In this document: positions 39,541 through 49,891 of the stretch, piece after piece
Position numbering within the stretch: position 1 is the stretch's first letter
Layout of the letters: the number at the start of each line of letters is the position of its first letter
Source of the DNA: Nitrospirota bacterium
GTDB taxonomy: Bacteria > Nitrospirota > UBA9217
Assembly (NCBI GenBank): GCA_963740085.1
Contig: CAVUCU010000001.1
Coordinates: 480,001-544,000 of the forward strand
DNA: 64,000 nt
Direction of reading: 5' to 3'
Translations under genes and position numbers: made by a program
Notes under the pieces: generated by a model
Database searches by the model: none
What the model saw: the letters and a program-made list of their open reading frames with translations, nothing else
What the model was told of the DNA's origin: nothing

Positions 39541-40803
39541 TTACTTCAGCTCTTCCGGTCTTCCGATCCTTCCGAGCACCGCGGATGCAGCCGCGATCGC
39601 GGGGTTGGAGAGATAGACCTCGCTCTTGGGATGCCCCATCCTGCCGACGAAGTTCCGGTTCGTCGTGGAAATGGCGCGTTCTCCCGAGGCAAGGATACCC
39701 ATGTGACCGCCGAGGCAGGGACCGCAGGTCGGCGTGCTGAATGCGGCTCCCGCGTCGATGAAAACGTCCACGAGTCCTTCCTTGATGGACTGTTTGTATA
39801 CAGCCTGGGTCGCGGGGATCACGATCATCCTGACATAGGGGTGCACTTTATGCCCTTTGATGACCCTGGCTGCCTCCCGGATGTCCTCGATCCGACCATT
39901 CGTGCAGGAACCGACCACGGACTGGTCGATGTTGATTGCTGCAAGCTGGCTCACCGGTTTCACGTTCTCGGGAAGGTGCGGGCAGGCGACCTGCGGCTCC
40001 ATTCCGGTCAGGTCGTATTCGCGAACTTCCATATAGTTCGCCTTCCTGTCGCTCTTGAAGAACTTATACTTCCTCCGGGCGCGCTTCGCCACATACTTCT
40101 CGGTAATTTCATCCGGTTCGATGATGCCGTTCTTGCCTCCAGCCTCGATGGCCATGTTGCAGATCGTCAAACGGCCGCTCATCGGGAGCTTCTTGATCAC
40201 TTCGCCGGTAAACTCCATGGCGCGGTAAAGAGCGCCGTCCACACCGATATCGCCGATGGTGCGGAGAATGATGTCCTTGCCGCCCACCCACCTGCCAAGC
40301 CTGCCCGTATAGACGAACTTCATGCTCTCCGGCACTTTGAACCAGGCCTCGCCGGTGATCATGGCCGCTGCCACGTCGGTGCTGCCGACGCCGGTCGAAA
40401 ACGCGCCCAGTCCGCCGTAGGTACAGGTGTGGCTGTCGGCGCCGATGATCACGTCGCCGGGAACCACGATGCCCTGCTCCGGAAGGAGCGCATGCTCGAT
40501 GCCCATCCTGCCAACCTCGAAATAGAGAGAGAGGTCATGCTCGCGCGAGAATTGCCGGAGCATGCTGCATTGTTCAGCGGATGCAATGTCCTTGTTCGGC
40601 GCAAAGTGGTCGGGTATGAGCGCGATGCGATCAGGATCGAAGACCTTCTTCGCTCCTGCTGCGCGGAACTCCTTGATCGCGATCGGTGCAGTGATGTCGT
40701 TCGCGAGCACCAGATCCAGCTTCGCATTGATCAGTTCGCCGGGCTTCACTTCTTTTTTGCCGCAGTGCGCGGCCAGTATCTTTTCTGTAATTGTCATCGG
40801 CAT
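39541..40803 (-). CDS. leuC: 3-isopropylmalate dehydratase large subunit
   Basis: [28 protein letters not shown]. Confidence 0.95.
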   Translation of the reverse strand: MPMTITEKILAAHCGKKEVKPGELINAKLDLVLANDITAPIAIKEFRAAGAKKVFDPDRIALIPDHFAPNKDIASAEQCSMLRQFSREHDLSLYFEVGRMGIEHALLPEQGIVVPGDVIIGADSHTCTYGGLGAFSTGVGSTDVAAAMITGEAWFKVPESMKFVYTGRLGRWVGGKDIILRTIGDIGVDGALYRAMEFTGEVIKKLPMSGRLTICNMAIEAGGKNGIIEPDEITEKYVAKRARRKYKFFKSDRKANYMEVREYDLTGMEPQVACPHLPENVKPVSQLAAINIDQSVVGSCTNGRIEDIREAARVIKGHKVHPYVRMIVIPATQAVYKQSIKEGLVDVFIDAGAAFSTPTCGPCLGGHMGILASGERAISTTNRNFVGRMGHPKSEVYLSNPAIAAASAVLGRIGRPEELK

Positions 40804-40811
40804 AGTGTGTG

Positions 40812-40840
40812 AATATACAATATCTTAGAATTCGTTGCAA
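40812..40840 (-). promoter_or_regulatory. leuC promoter, probably leaderless
   Basis: TTGCAA-17 bp-TATATT, ATG 8 nt downstream, no SD. Confidence 0.6.
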
Positions 40841-40994
40841 CTTTTTTTTCTGAGGTTTTTCAGGGAGGAAAGCGTGAAAGATCGCAGGATTTTGGAGCGC
40901 AAGGGGATTCGAGGGATTCGCCTGTCATCCATGAAATAAGAAATGAAAAAATGCTTTGTCGAACCCAAAATGTAACCCTATCGCGAACCAAAAG

Positions 40995-41105
40995 GCGTCT
41001 CTCGCAGAGCACGCGGAGCACGCAGAATGTAATCAAAATCTTTAGTCTTGGATTTAACCCGAACTTTCAAGCTTTTCTCTGCGATCTCTGCGCCTCTGCG
41101 AGAAA
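40995..41105. mobile_element. MITE-like element, family B copy 2
   Basis: TCTCGCAGAG ... CTCTGCGAGA terminal inverted repeats; centre shared with other copies. Confidence 0.75.
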
Positions 41106-41284
41106 TAAAACTTGCCGTTTTGAGTAGAATTTGATTCTTAACATATTATCTTATGCCTCTCCGGTTTAGACACCCCGATGTTTTTTAAATGACCAGACTG
41201 CTTGATTTGGTGATATACTCGTCCATCGTAAATTTATCGGAGAAGAGATATGTTTGATTCAGCTAGAGATGGGATGTAAAGAAG

Positions 41285-41626
41285 ATGACACCAATAGAAG
41301 AAAGAGATAAGGCTTTATCAGTAATTGACCCATTTATGCTCGAAATTTCCCTGGTCTACAGAGAATGCTATTTATCAGAAGGGAAAGGTGCGCTTCTTGT
41401 TTATGCGGATTCTGTAATAAATGGCAACCTTCCCGCTGAGGGCGATTACACAACTAAAAACGATGTTCTTGAAATAATTGATGGCAGTGACTCTAAAGCC
41501 AGCCTCGCTGCGCTTTTAAGCACATACGACCCCCATACTGAAGGGATATTGGTTTTAGTTCCGAGCATTAATAATGCGCCATTTCTTATTACCGTCAAGT
41601 TGAAATCGCGGAGCACGGCAGACTGA
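41285..41626 (+). CDS. Hypothetical protein
   Basis: 113-aa ORF in AT-richer island; GKGALLVY and YDPHTE segments. Confidence 0.6.
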   Translation: MTPIEERDKALSVIDPFMLEISLVYRECYLSEGKGALLVYADSVINGNLPAEGDYTTKNDVLEIIDGSDSKASLAALLSTYDPHTEGILVLVPSINNAPFLITVKLKSRSTAD

Positions 41627-41721
41627 GCGCAAGAGGAATAGTCACAACGTGGATGAATGAGCTGAACCTGCCGCCCAATCAAGCTATGCACCGTAAGAAC
41701 CAGCGTCCCCTAAGTTGTTCT

Positions 41722-42021
41722 CTAAGAGGCTCCCAACTGCAGTACCACCGGCCCCTTCGTGCGTCCTTTCTTACTTGGTACTTTTTTTAACTTACCGGCG
41801 GTAATAATTGCCAAATCTTCGATAGTCGATTCTCGTCTGGCAACAATAGCAGCTTGATCGCTCGTTGATATCTGTTTCAGCTTCTGGATCAACTCACGCG
41901 CCTGTTGTATCTGCTCCATGGATTCAGACATAGATTTATTTTGAATCGACAATTTCGTCCCATCAATTAAAGAATCTATGGCAACCCTCGTCCGTAAGAA
42001 ATTTTGCATAGTAATACCCAT
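41722..42021 (-). CDS. Hypothetical helical protein
   Basis: AGGAGG RBS; start 42021 or 42009. Confidence 0.55.
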   Translation of the reverse strand: MGITMQNFLRTRVAIDSLIDGTKLSIQNKSMSESMEQIQQARELIQKLKQISTSDQAAIVARRESTIEDLAIITAGKLKKVPSKKGRTKGPVVLQLGAS

Positions 42022-42251
42022 GCCTCCTTTTAAAAGTGTAGCGCTCTTTATTGTAAGGCATCTTCCTGATAAAAGCGCTAAAAAAGAACGAAGACTAGGA
42101 TTTAAAACCCTCAGAGGTTCCCAATTCGACGATTTCTGCCGCATCAGGGAAAAGCAGAATTGTTGTACAGCTTGACCGGGAGAGTCGTGGCGACAAATCT
42201 ATCACGGTTATAGAGGTTCTTCGGCTTTGGTTGAAGAGAGTGAGGCTCAGA

Positions 42252-42317
42252 GGGACGTTGTTGTTGAAAGTGCACTACGAAAAGCGTACATCAACGCAAC
42301 GGGTGCAACAACGTCCC
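42252..42317. repeat. REP-like inverted repeat
   Basis: GGGACGTTGTTG ... CAACAACGTCCC, perfect 12-bp arms. Confidence 0.7.
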
Positions 42318-42334
42318 CTAGATGCCTCCTGCTT

Positions 42335-42398
42335 TCATTGCTTCAAACAAAAAGGCCCCACAAAGGGGGCCTTTCATAATTATTCAACTTTTCGATAG
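42335..42398 (-). terminator. Duplicated leuA-type terminator (direct repeat copy 1)
   Basis: 58/64 identical to 44224-44287; AAAGGCCCC-acaaa-GGGGGCCTTT hairpin. Confidence 0.8.
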
Positions 42399-42418
42399 AG
42401 AATAATTGGAGGAATAAT

Positions 42419-42469
42419 TGGGGTCAGGTCTTGGAAAGTCAGTTTCTTATATTTCAAGACCTGTCCCCA
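42419..42469. repeat. REP-like inverted repeat
   Basis: TGGGGTCAGGTCTTG ... CAAGACCTGTCCCCA, one mismatch. Confidence 0.75.
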
Positions 42470-42546
42470 TATCTGCTCCCATATCTGTTCCTAAGCTTGG
42501 ACTCTCTCTGGCAAAGGGATTTGGGCGTGATCCCCAGCGCACACCG

Positions 42547-43014
42547 CTAGCCGACTTTGCCTGGATGTTCGCGCCGAACCATCTGGATCACCTGGTCCAG
42601 TTTCTGCAAAAAGCTTGACCTGTCGCGTTTGGAGAAGGGGGCCGGCCCCCCGGTGATCTCGCCGTTCCCACGCAGTTCTGCAAGCAGGTTACGGGTTGCG
42701 ACCGCATCTCCGATGTTTTCCTCGGTAAAGGCCTTCCCCGTTGGGCCGATCGCGTAGGCACCAGCCTTGATGCATCGGCTCGCGAGAAGGACATCAGCCG
42801 TGATCACGATGTCGTGGGGAGTGACATTGGCAACGATCCAGTTGTCGGCCTCATCTACCCCATCGCCGACAACGTGAAGTACAATTCCATCCTCTGTGGG
42901 CACTCGCATCCAGGAGTTGGCCACCAGGGTGACACCTATATGATACCTGGCTGCAACCCGGTAGACCTCTTGCTTCACCGGGCATGCGTCAGCATCTACG
43001 AAAATATTCAGCAA
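42547..43014 (-). CDS. YaiI/YqxD (UPF0178) family protein
   Basis: IFVDADACPVK, DEADNWI, ITADVLLA, GGPAPF. Confidence 0.93.
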   Translation of the reverse strand: MLNIFVDADACPVKQEVYRVAARYHIGVTLVANSWMRVPTEDGIVLHVVGDGVDEADNWIVANVTPHDIVITADVLLASRCIKAGAYAIGPTGKAFTEENIGDAVATRNLLAELRGNGEITGGPAPFSKRDRSSFLQKLDQVIQMVRREHPGKVG

Positions 43015-43092
43015 TCGATATCCTTGTTTGACAAGCTCAAAAGGAATCCAGTGAGGTTGTCTCTAGCCGATCCATCGTTCAATTGTTTTGAT

Positions 43093-43962
43093 CTAGTCAA
43101 GCGCCCCATGTTCTTTTGCAGTCTTGATCCAGTGTTCGGCCAGTTCGGCAGGATTTGCGCCCAGACCACGGCCAAGGTGCAGCGCCAGTCCCATCATTAA
43201 TTCCGATGCTTTGCGGAAATCGGTGATATTGTCCAGTGTGCCAAATGATTCTTGCGCTTTCAAGAAGAGCAGATCGTGATGCTGGCGAGAAAAAGCTATG
43301 GGATCAGGTAAGCCATCCGCTAACTCAGGGATCATCAGCAGGTCTATCCACTCGGTACCAAGCCGGTCATGCAATTGTTCGGGCTCTTCTCTACCCATCT
43401 CTCGCCAAAGACCCAATGTCTGCCGGTCACCCGATTCGGCCAAACCACTTTCCAGCAGGAGGGCGAAAGCGCTATCAGCTAAATTTTGCATCACTTCGAG
43501 ATACTCATCCTGAGCAACTTCGAAGCGCTTCGTGGCCTGTCCTTCAATGTAGGCGGCGACACTCAATTGAGGCAAACCTAAGACTTCCGGACACCCTTCC
43601 ATACAGGGTAAATCACTCCCTTGGTACAGGTAGTACAGTTCCTCGCCCTGCCGTTGGCGGCCAAGAGGATATAACCGGCAGGCCAATGGGCGCCCCAAAT
43701 ACACGCTGCATCCAAAATCAGGTACATATTGGCTGCACGCCGGCTGCTGTTTCCAGCCGGGTGCACCATCAAAACGCAAATGGATGCCGCCAAAATCGCA
43801 GTAACGATCACGAAAGGCCCTCGGGGTCAGTCCTTTTGCTTCAGCCAGACACACCAGTTCCCACGGGTTCAGCCTGACAGTTTTGCCATGACAGCAGGTG
43901 CCTGAACGTGAACAGGTAAGTGGCAGATTATCAGTAAGGGTGAGTTTTGTCGTGACTGACAT
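43093..43962 (-). CDS. YkgJ-family cysteine-cluster (Zn/Fe-chelating) protein
   Basis: CSRSGTCC and CSVYLGRPLACRLYP. Confidence 0.85.
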   Translation of the reverse strand: MSVTTKLTLTDNLPLTCSRSGTCCHGKTVRLNPWELVCLAEAKGLTPRAFRDRYCDFGGIHLRFDGAPGWKQQPACSQYVPDFGCSVYLGRPLACRLYPLGRQRQGEELYYLYQGSDLPCMEGCPEVLGLPQLSVAAYIEGQATKRFEVAQDEYLEVMQNLADSAFALLLESGLAESGDRQTLGLWREMGREEPEQLHDRLGTEWIDLLMIPELADGLPDPIAFSRQHHDLLFLKAQESFGTLDNITDFRKASELMMGLALHLGRGLGANPAELAEHWIKTAKEHGALD

Positions 43963-44223
43963 CGTGAGTTTTCTTTCTGGAACCTACGTCCAAAGAGTGT
44001 CAGGTCTTTCCGATCGGCTGATTATCACGCCCTGTCCCCGGTGGGGCGAAGGAAACGGCTTAGAAACGACTCAGTTGATGCTATTGATGCTCTCCGCTGT
44101 TACTCATAGCCACATGCTCATGAGCAACATGCAGGCAACGAGGACAATAAACTGATTGAAAACTCTACTACAAGTAGTTGCAAAGGGCAAGCAAAGAATC
44201 CTCTATGAGTTGCGCTCATATGC

Positions 44224-44287
44224 TCATCGCTTCAAATAAAAAGGCCCCACAAAGGGGGCCTTTGATAATTCTTCATCTATTCGATAG
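44224..44287 (-). terminator. leuA intrinsic terminator (direct repeat copy 2)
   Basis: GC hairpin plus U-tract on the minus strand, about 45 nt after the leuA stop. Confidence 0.8.
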
Positions 44288-44308
44288 CGACGATCCGCGA
44301 AAACCGGA

Positions 44309-45838
44309 TTAACTGTTTTTTGGCCTTCCCTTTTTCCAATATTCCAGTTTGTTCAGCGCGTTCACGTAGGCCTTGGCGCTTGCGATAATGATGTCCGTGT
44401 CAGCGCCGTGGCCCGCGATCTTCTTTCCCTCTTCCTCTATCTTCACGGTCACCTCACCGAGAGCGTCCGTGCCGCCGGTAATTCCCTTCACCAGATAGGC
44501 GTCGAGCTTGCTCTTCGTTCCCGTCATAAGAGCGATCGTCCGGTACACTGCGTCCACGGGACCGTCGCCGGTGCCGTTCTGTTTCACCGTCTTGCCATTG
44601 ACCTCCATCTCAACCGTTGCCGCGGGCATGATACCGGTACCGCTCTCGGCGCGAAGGTTCTTCAGCACATACACTTCCCGGATCTGCTGCATCTCGTCGG
44701 AGACAATGGCCTCAAGGTCCTCATCAAACACTTCCTTTTTCTGGTCCGCAACGTGTTTGAACCGCTCGAAGGCCTTATTCAGGTCATCGTCGGAAAGATC
44801 ATATCCCATCTGCTTCAGCCGGTCGCGGAAGGCATGCCTGCCTGAGTGCTTGCCGAGCACCAGGTTGGTCTTGACCAGACCGATCGATTCCGGGCTCATG
44901 ATCTCGTAGGTGGTACGCTCTTTCAAAAGCCCGTCCTGGTGGATACCGGACTCGTGCGCAAAGGCATTTGCCCCCACGATCGCCTTATTCGGCTGCACCG
45001 GAATTCCGGTGATCTTGGTCACGAGCCTGCTCGTCCGCGTGATCTCTTCCGAATTCACCCGGGAATCGGCGTTAAAAAAGTCCTTTCTCGTGCGGAGCGC
45101 CATGACAACCTCTTCCATGGAGCAGTTGCCTGCCCGCTCGCCGATCCCGTTCACCGTGCACTCGACCTGCTCCGCGCCGTTTCGGATCGCGGACAGTACG
45201 TTCGCAACCGCAAGACCCAGGTCGTTGTGACAATGAACGGAGATCACCACCCTGTCGATGTTCGGGACACTGTCCCTGATGCCCTTGATCAGTGCGCCGA
45301 ACTCCTCGGGAGTCGCATAGCCTACCGTATCGGGGATGTTTACCGTATTTGCCCCCGCCTCGATCACTGCCTGAACGACCTCATGAAGGTAGGAAATATC
45401 CGTCCGGGTGGCGTCCATGGGAGAGAACTCAACGTCGTCCACGTACGAGCGCGCGAGTTTGACCATCTCGACGGAACGTTTCAACGCCTCTTCGCGCGAG
45501 ATCCGGTACTGATGCTTCAGGTGGATATCGGAGGTCGAGTGAAAGGTATGGATACGCCGCTTCGGGGCATCTTTCAGGGCCTCCCAGGCGCGGTCGATGT
45601 CCTCCTTCCGCGCCCGCGCCAGGCTGCAGATCACCGGGCCTTCGACCTCGGCGCTGATCCTCCTGATGGCCTCGAAATCACCGGGGGAGCTGATGGCGAA
45701 CCCCGCCTCGATGATATCCACCCCGAGCCGGGCAAGCTGCTTCGCAAGGGTGATCTTTTCCTCCACGTTCATGCTCGCACCCGGGGACTGCTCCCCGTCG
45801 CGGAGCGTGGTATCGAATATTCTGATGATCTTGTTCAT
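44309..45838 (-). CDS. leuA: 2-isopropylmalate synthase
   Basis: DTTLRDGEQ, HCHNDLG, GIGERAGN, HESGIHQDG, GDGPVDA. Confidence 0.97.
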   Translation of the reverse strand: MNKIIRIFDTTLRDGEQSPGASMNVEEKITLAKQLARLGVDIIEAGFAISSPGDFEAIRRISAEVEGPVICSLARARKEDIDRAWEALKDAPKRRIHTFHSTSDIHLKHQYRISREEALKRSVEMVKLARSYVDDVEFSPMDATRTDISYLHEVVQAVIEAGANTVNIPDTVGYATPEEFGALIKGIRDSVPNIDRVVISVHCHNDLGLAVANVLSAIRNGAEQVECTVNGIGERAGNCSMEEVVMALRTRKDFFNADSRVNSEEITRTSRLVTKITGIPVQPNKAIVGANAFAHESGIHQDGLLKERTTYEIMSPESIGLVKTNLVLGKHSGRHAFRDRLKQMGYDLSDDDLNKAFERFKHVADQKKEVFDEDLEAIVSDEMQQIREVYVLKNLRAESGTGIMPAATVEMEVNGKTVKQNGTGDGPVDAVYRTIALMTGTKSKLDAYLVKGITGGTDALGEVTVKIEEEGKKIAGHGADTDIIIASAKAYVNALNKLEYWKKGRPKNS

Positions 45839-45905
45839 AATCAGTTCCTCACCATCATGCGGACCGCAAATCCCGCATGAGCGGACAGAATAATATAAAA
45901 AAGGT

Positions 45906-46045
45906 GTATCTACTCAGGTCAAATCAGGTCAAAATCTGTTAGCCGCGAAAGAACGCAAGGATCGCAGAGAGAATTAAAACTGAAATACATGGTTTCAGGT
46001 TTTTTCTTTGAGTTCTTTGCGTTCTATTGCGGCTAATCTGAGTAG
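45906..46045. mobile_element. MITE-like element, family A copy 3
   Basis: Terminal IR CTACTCAG (45910) / CTGAGTAG (46038-46045); reverse complement of copy 2. Confidence 0.8.
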
Positions 46046-46089
46046 TCACGAAAAGGTAACTGCTCAGGTCGGTTTCGGAACGCAGTCGC

Positions 46090-46122
46090 AAAAAAAGAGA
46101 TTAAGGCCGCCTTCTTAATCTC
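46090..46122 (-). terminator. Intrinsic terminator after pssA
   Basis: GAGATTAAG-8 nt-CTTAATCTC followed by T7. Confidence 0.7.
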
Positions 46123-46154
46123 CTGCATCCTCACTCTTGAGGTTTCTGAATGGA

Positions 46155-46904
46155 CTAAGAAGTGACCGTTTTCCGTTTTCTGAGAGATCGGTACAGGGCC
46201 TCGGCCAAACCGATCAATACATAAGTCAGTGAAACAAAAAACAGGACGAGCGCGGGATGATATGCCACCAGCGCTACAAATGCCGCAATGATGACCAGTA
46301 TCCCGAAGGGTCGTCGCTCCTTCAGATTGGCTTCCTTCAGGCCATGGTAGGTGATATTGCTGACCATGAGGCCGGCGAGCAGGAACGTCATCGCCAACAC
46401 CCAGTAATCCTTGCCTACCACATCGGCCAGCCGCACCAGTTTCCATTGCTCAAGGTTTTCGATGACATCTTCGTACGCAAGCACGGTGGTGGCGATCATC
46501 AGGGCGGCGGCAGGCGTCGGTAGCCCGGTAAAGTGTTTTTTCTCCGCGCCGCTCATCTGCACATTGAACCTCGCAAGCCGGAGTGCCGCGCAGGCCACCA
46601 GGAAGAACGCGCCCAGCCAGCCGAGCTTGCCGAAGGACGAGAGCGTCCAGGTATACACCAGGACGCCCGGCGCAACACCAAAGGAGATAACGTCCGAAAG
46701 CGAATCTATCTCAATGCCGAAGCGTGTTGCCGTATGCGTAATCCTCGCGACCCACCCGTCCAATACATCAAAGACCGACGCGATCATGATGGCCCATGCG
46801 GCCCGCTCATAATCGGAATTGAGCGAAGCCACGATGGAATAGAAGCCCCCGAACATGCTCAGCAGCGTTATAAGATTGGGAAGGATGTAAATTCCTTTTC
46901 TCAA
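46155..46904 (-). CDS. pssA: CDP-diacylglycerol--serine O-phosphatidyltransferase
   Basis: DVLDGWVAR..FG.EIDSLSD, RLARFN, FTGLPTP. Confidence 0.93.
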   Translation of the reverse strand: MRKGIYILPNLITLLSMFGGFYSIVASLNSDYERAAWAIMIASVFDVLDGWVARITHTATRFGIEIDSLSDVISFGVAPGVLVYTWTLSSFGKLGWLGAFFLVACAALRLARFNVQMSGAEKKHFTGLPTPAAALMIATTVLAYEDVIENLEQWKLVRLADVVGKDYWVLAMTFLLAGLMVSNITYHGLKEANLKERRPFGILVIIAAFVALVAYHPALVLFFVSLTYVLIGLAEALYRSLRKRKTVTS

Positions 46905-47545
46905 TGAAGCACCCCGATGACGTCCTGCGCGCCCTTGACACGGTCACCCAGCCTGACCCTGATCTCCGCAGTCTTGGGCAAAAAGATGTCCACCCGCGAG
47001 CCGAAACGGATCAGGCCGTACCGTTCGCCCGTTTTGATGGTATCTCCCGGCGTTGCATAGCATACAATCCGCCTCGCGATGAGTCCGGCGATCTGCTTCA
47101 CCAGAATTTTGTCCTTTCCGGCAGCAATGACCATCGAGGTCTGTTCGTTATCAAGCGAAGCTTTGTCCACGGATGCGACATGAAATTTGCCCGGGTTATA
47201 CTTGACGACCTCGATCGTGCCGCCGATCGGCGCTCGATTCACATGCACGTTGAACACCGACAGAAAAATGCTGATCTGCTTCACTTCCTGCTTCAGGTAT
47301 GCGGGCTCGTAGATGTCCTTGATCACGATCACTTTCCCGTCGGCAGGCGAGACCACCATGCCTTTGCCCCCGGGAACGGTGCGTTCCGGGTCACGGAAGA
47401 AGAACAGGACAAAAAGCGTGAGCACCAGTGAAACGGTAGCAGTACTCTTCCAGCCAAGTGCGAACAGCAACACCGTGACGATTGCAAGGGGGATGATGAA
47501 CGGCCAGCCTTCCGAGGCAACGGGTATTCCGTAGTTTTTCATCAT
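46901..47545 (-). CDS. psd: Phosphatidylserine decarboxylase proenzyme
   Basis: FFRDPER, SPADG, NVHVNRAP, FGSRVD cleavage motif. Confidence 0.93.
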   Translation of the reverse strand: MMKNYGIPVASEGWPFIIPLAIVTVLLFALGWKSTATVSLVLTLFVLFFFRDPERTVPGGKGMVVSPADGKVIVIKDIYEPAYLKQEVKQISIFLSVFNVHVNRAPIGGTIEVVKYNPGKFHVASVDKASLDNEQTSMVIAAGKDKILVKQIAGLIARRIVCYATPGDTIKTGERYGLIRFGSRVDIFLPKTAEIRVRLGDRVKGAQDVIGVLH

Positions 47546-47599
47546 GGTGTTGAAGGTTTCTCCTGACTCCCGACTCCCGACTTCTGGCTCCCTCTGTTC

Positions 47600-48628
<1,029 letters not shown>

Positions 48629-48708
48629 TCAACAATGAATAATAATCTGGGTAACAATAAAGATGCCTGATGTGCCGCCCGTGCATCACGACCGGTCACG
48701 ACACGAAT

Positions 48709-49365
48709 CTACAGGAGCCGCTTTTTCACTTCGGCATCCTGGAATATCTGGTCCACGGCCGATGAGAGCGCCTCGGCAAGCGCAGCTTCCAGTCTTTCCT
48801 GTGAATAGAGGATCTCCTGGTCAACCGTGCTGTTCACATCGATCGTTCTGATAATCTTTTTTTCAACCGGGTCGCCGATCGTTATCTTGATTTGAACAGA
48901 GGCCTTCAAATGCGTTTGCATCGAAGTGGCCTTGGATTCCAGCCAAAGCGTCTTGATCTCGCCTCCGAGGAGAAGATCTACCCCTGCGGCGTTCATGCCT
49001 TCGGCCGTCAGATCCCAGCTGGCAATGTCCTTCACGGCAATTCCGCGCGCGATAAAGGCCTCCTTCATGATAGCCGTTACAGTCTCCGCCACCGTGCCCC
49101 GCACCACGAAATCATTTTGCATGCCGCTCGGGATAGTCCGTTTGCCCAGAACCGACGCAGGCACTCCCCGGTCATCCCGGAAGGGACTCACCCCAACGGA
49201 GATCTTTGTTCCTGCTGCCGCTTTTTCTGCCGGCGCCTGATAGCCGATCGTGAGAAGGACCGGCCCTTTCTCAGCACACGCGGACAGGATCATTGAAAGA
49301 ACGAACACCGGCACGATCAGACGCGCGCAAAACCCCATAGAATTCACCCGTTCCATACTCATCAC
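48709..49365 (-). CDS. YajG-like lipoprotein
   Basis: Lipobox LSAC; FRDDR motif. Confidence 0.7.
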   Translation of the reverse strand: MMSMERVNSMGFCARLIVPVFVLSMILSACAEKGPVLLTIGYQAPAEKAAAGTKISVGVSPFRDDRGVPASVLGKRTIPSGMQNDFVVRGTVAETVTAIMKEAFIARGIAVKDIASWDLTAEGMNAAGVDLLLGGEIKTLWLESKATSMQTHLKASVQIKITIGDPVEKKIIRTIDVNSTVDQEILYSQERLEAALAEALSSAVDQIFQDAEVKKRLL

Positions 49366-49378
49366 TCGTCACTCCTGA

Positions 49379-49852
49379 TTATTCCCTCGTTATCGCCACT
49401 TTGCCCGTACGCACGATCTCTTTGATGCCGATGGGTCTCAAGAGCTCAATGATCGCCGCGATCTTCTTTTCATCTCCTGTTATCTGGAACGTGTAGCTCT
49501 TCTGCGAAGAATCAACAACACGCGCGCGGAAAATATCTGCGATCCGGAGGGCCTCTGCCCGGTGCTCGGCAGGAGCATTGACCTTGATGAGGCACATCTC
49601 CCGTTCAACGAACTCCTTTTCCGCGAGGTCTGTAACCTTGATGACATCGATGAGCTTGTTGAGCTGCTTGATGATCTGCTCGAGGATGCGTTCATCCCCC
49701 GCGGTCACGATCGTCATCTGCGAGATCGTCGGATCGAGCGTGGGGCCGATCGAGATGGTCTCAATGTTGAACCCCCTGCCGCTGAAGAGTCCCGACACCC
49801 GCGACAGTACACCGAATTTGTTTTCCACCAGCACGGATATGATATGTTTCAT
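49379..49852 (-). CDS. ilvN: Acetolactate synthase small subunit
   Basis: [19 protein letters not shown] domain. Confidence 0.95.
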   Translation of the reverse strand: MKHIISVLVENKFGVLSRVSGLFSGRGFNIETISIGPTLDPTISQMTIVTAGDERILEQIIKQLNKLIDVIKVTDLAEKEFVEREMCLIKVNAPAEHRAEALRIADIFRARVVDSSQKSYTFQITGDEKKIAAIIELLRPIGIKEIVRTGKVAITRE

Positions 49853-49891
49853 AGGCTATTTTTCACTCCGAAATTCCGACTCCGAACCAAG

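Noticed and set aside
46033-46150. Possible leucine attenuator between pssA and leuA
   Set aside because: A terminator is present, but the short ORF (MQEIKKAALISFF...) is not Leu-rich and no antiterminator or T-box is evident.
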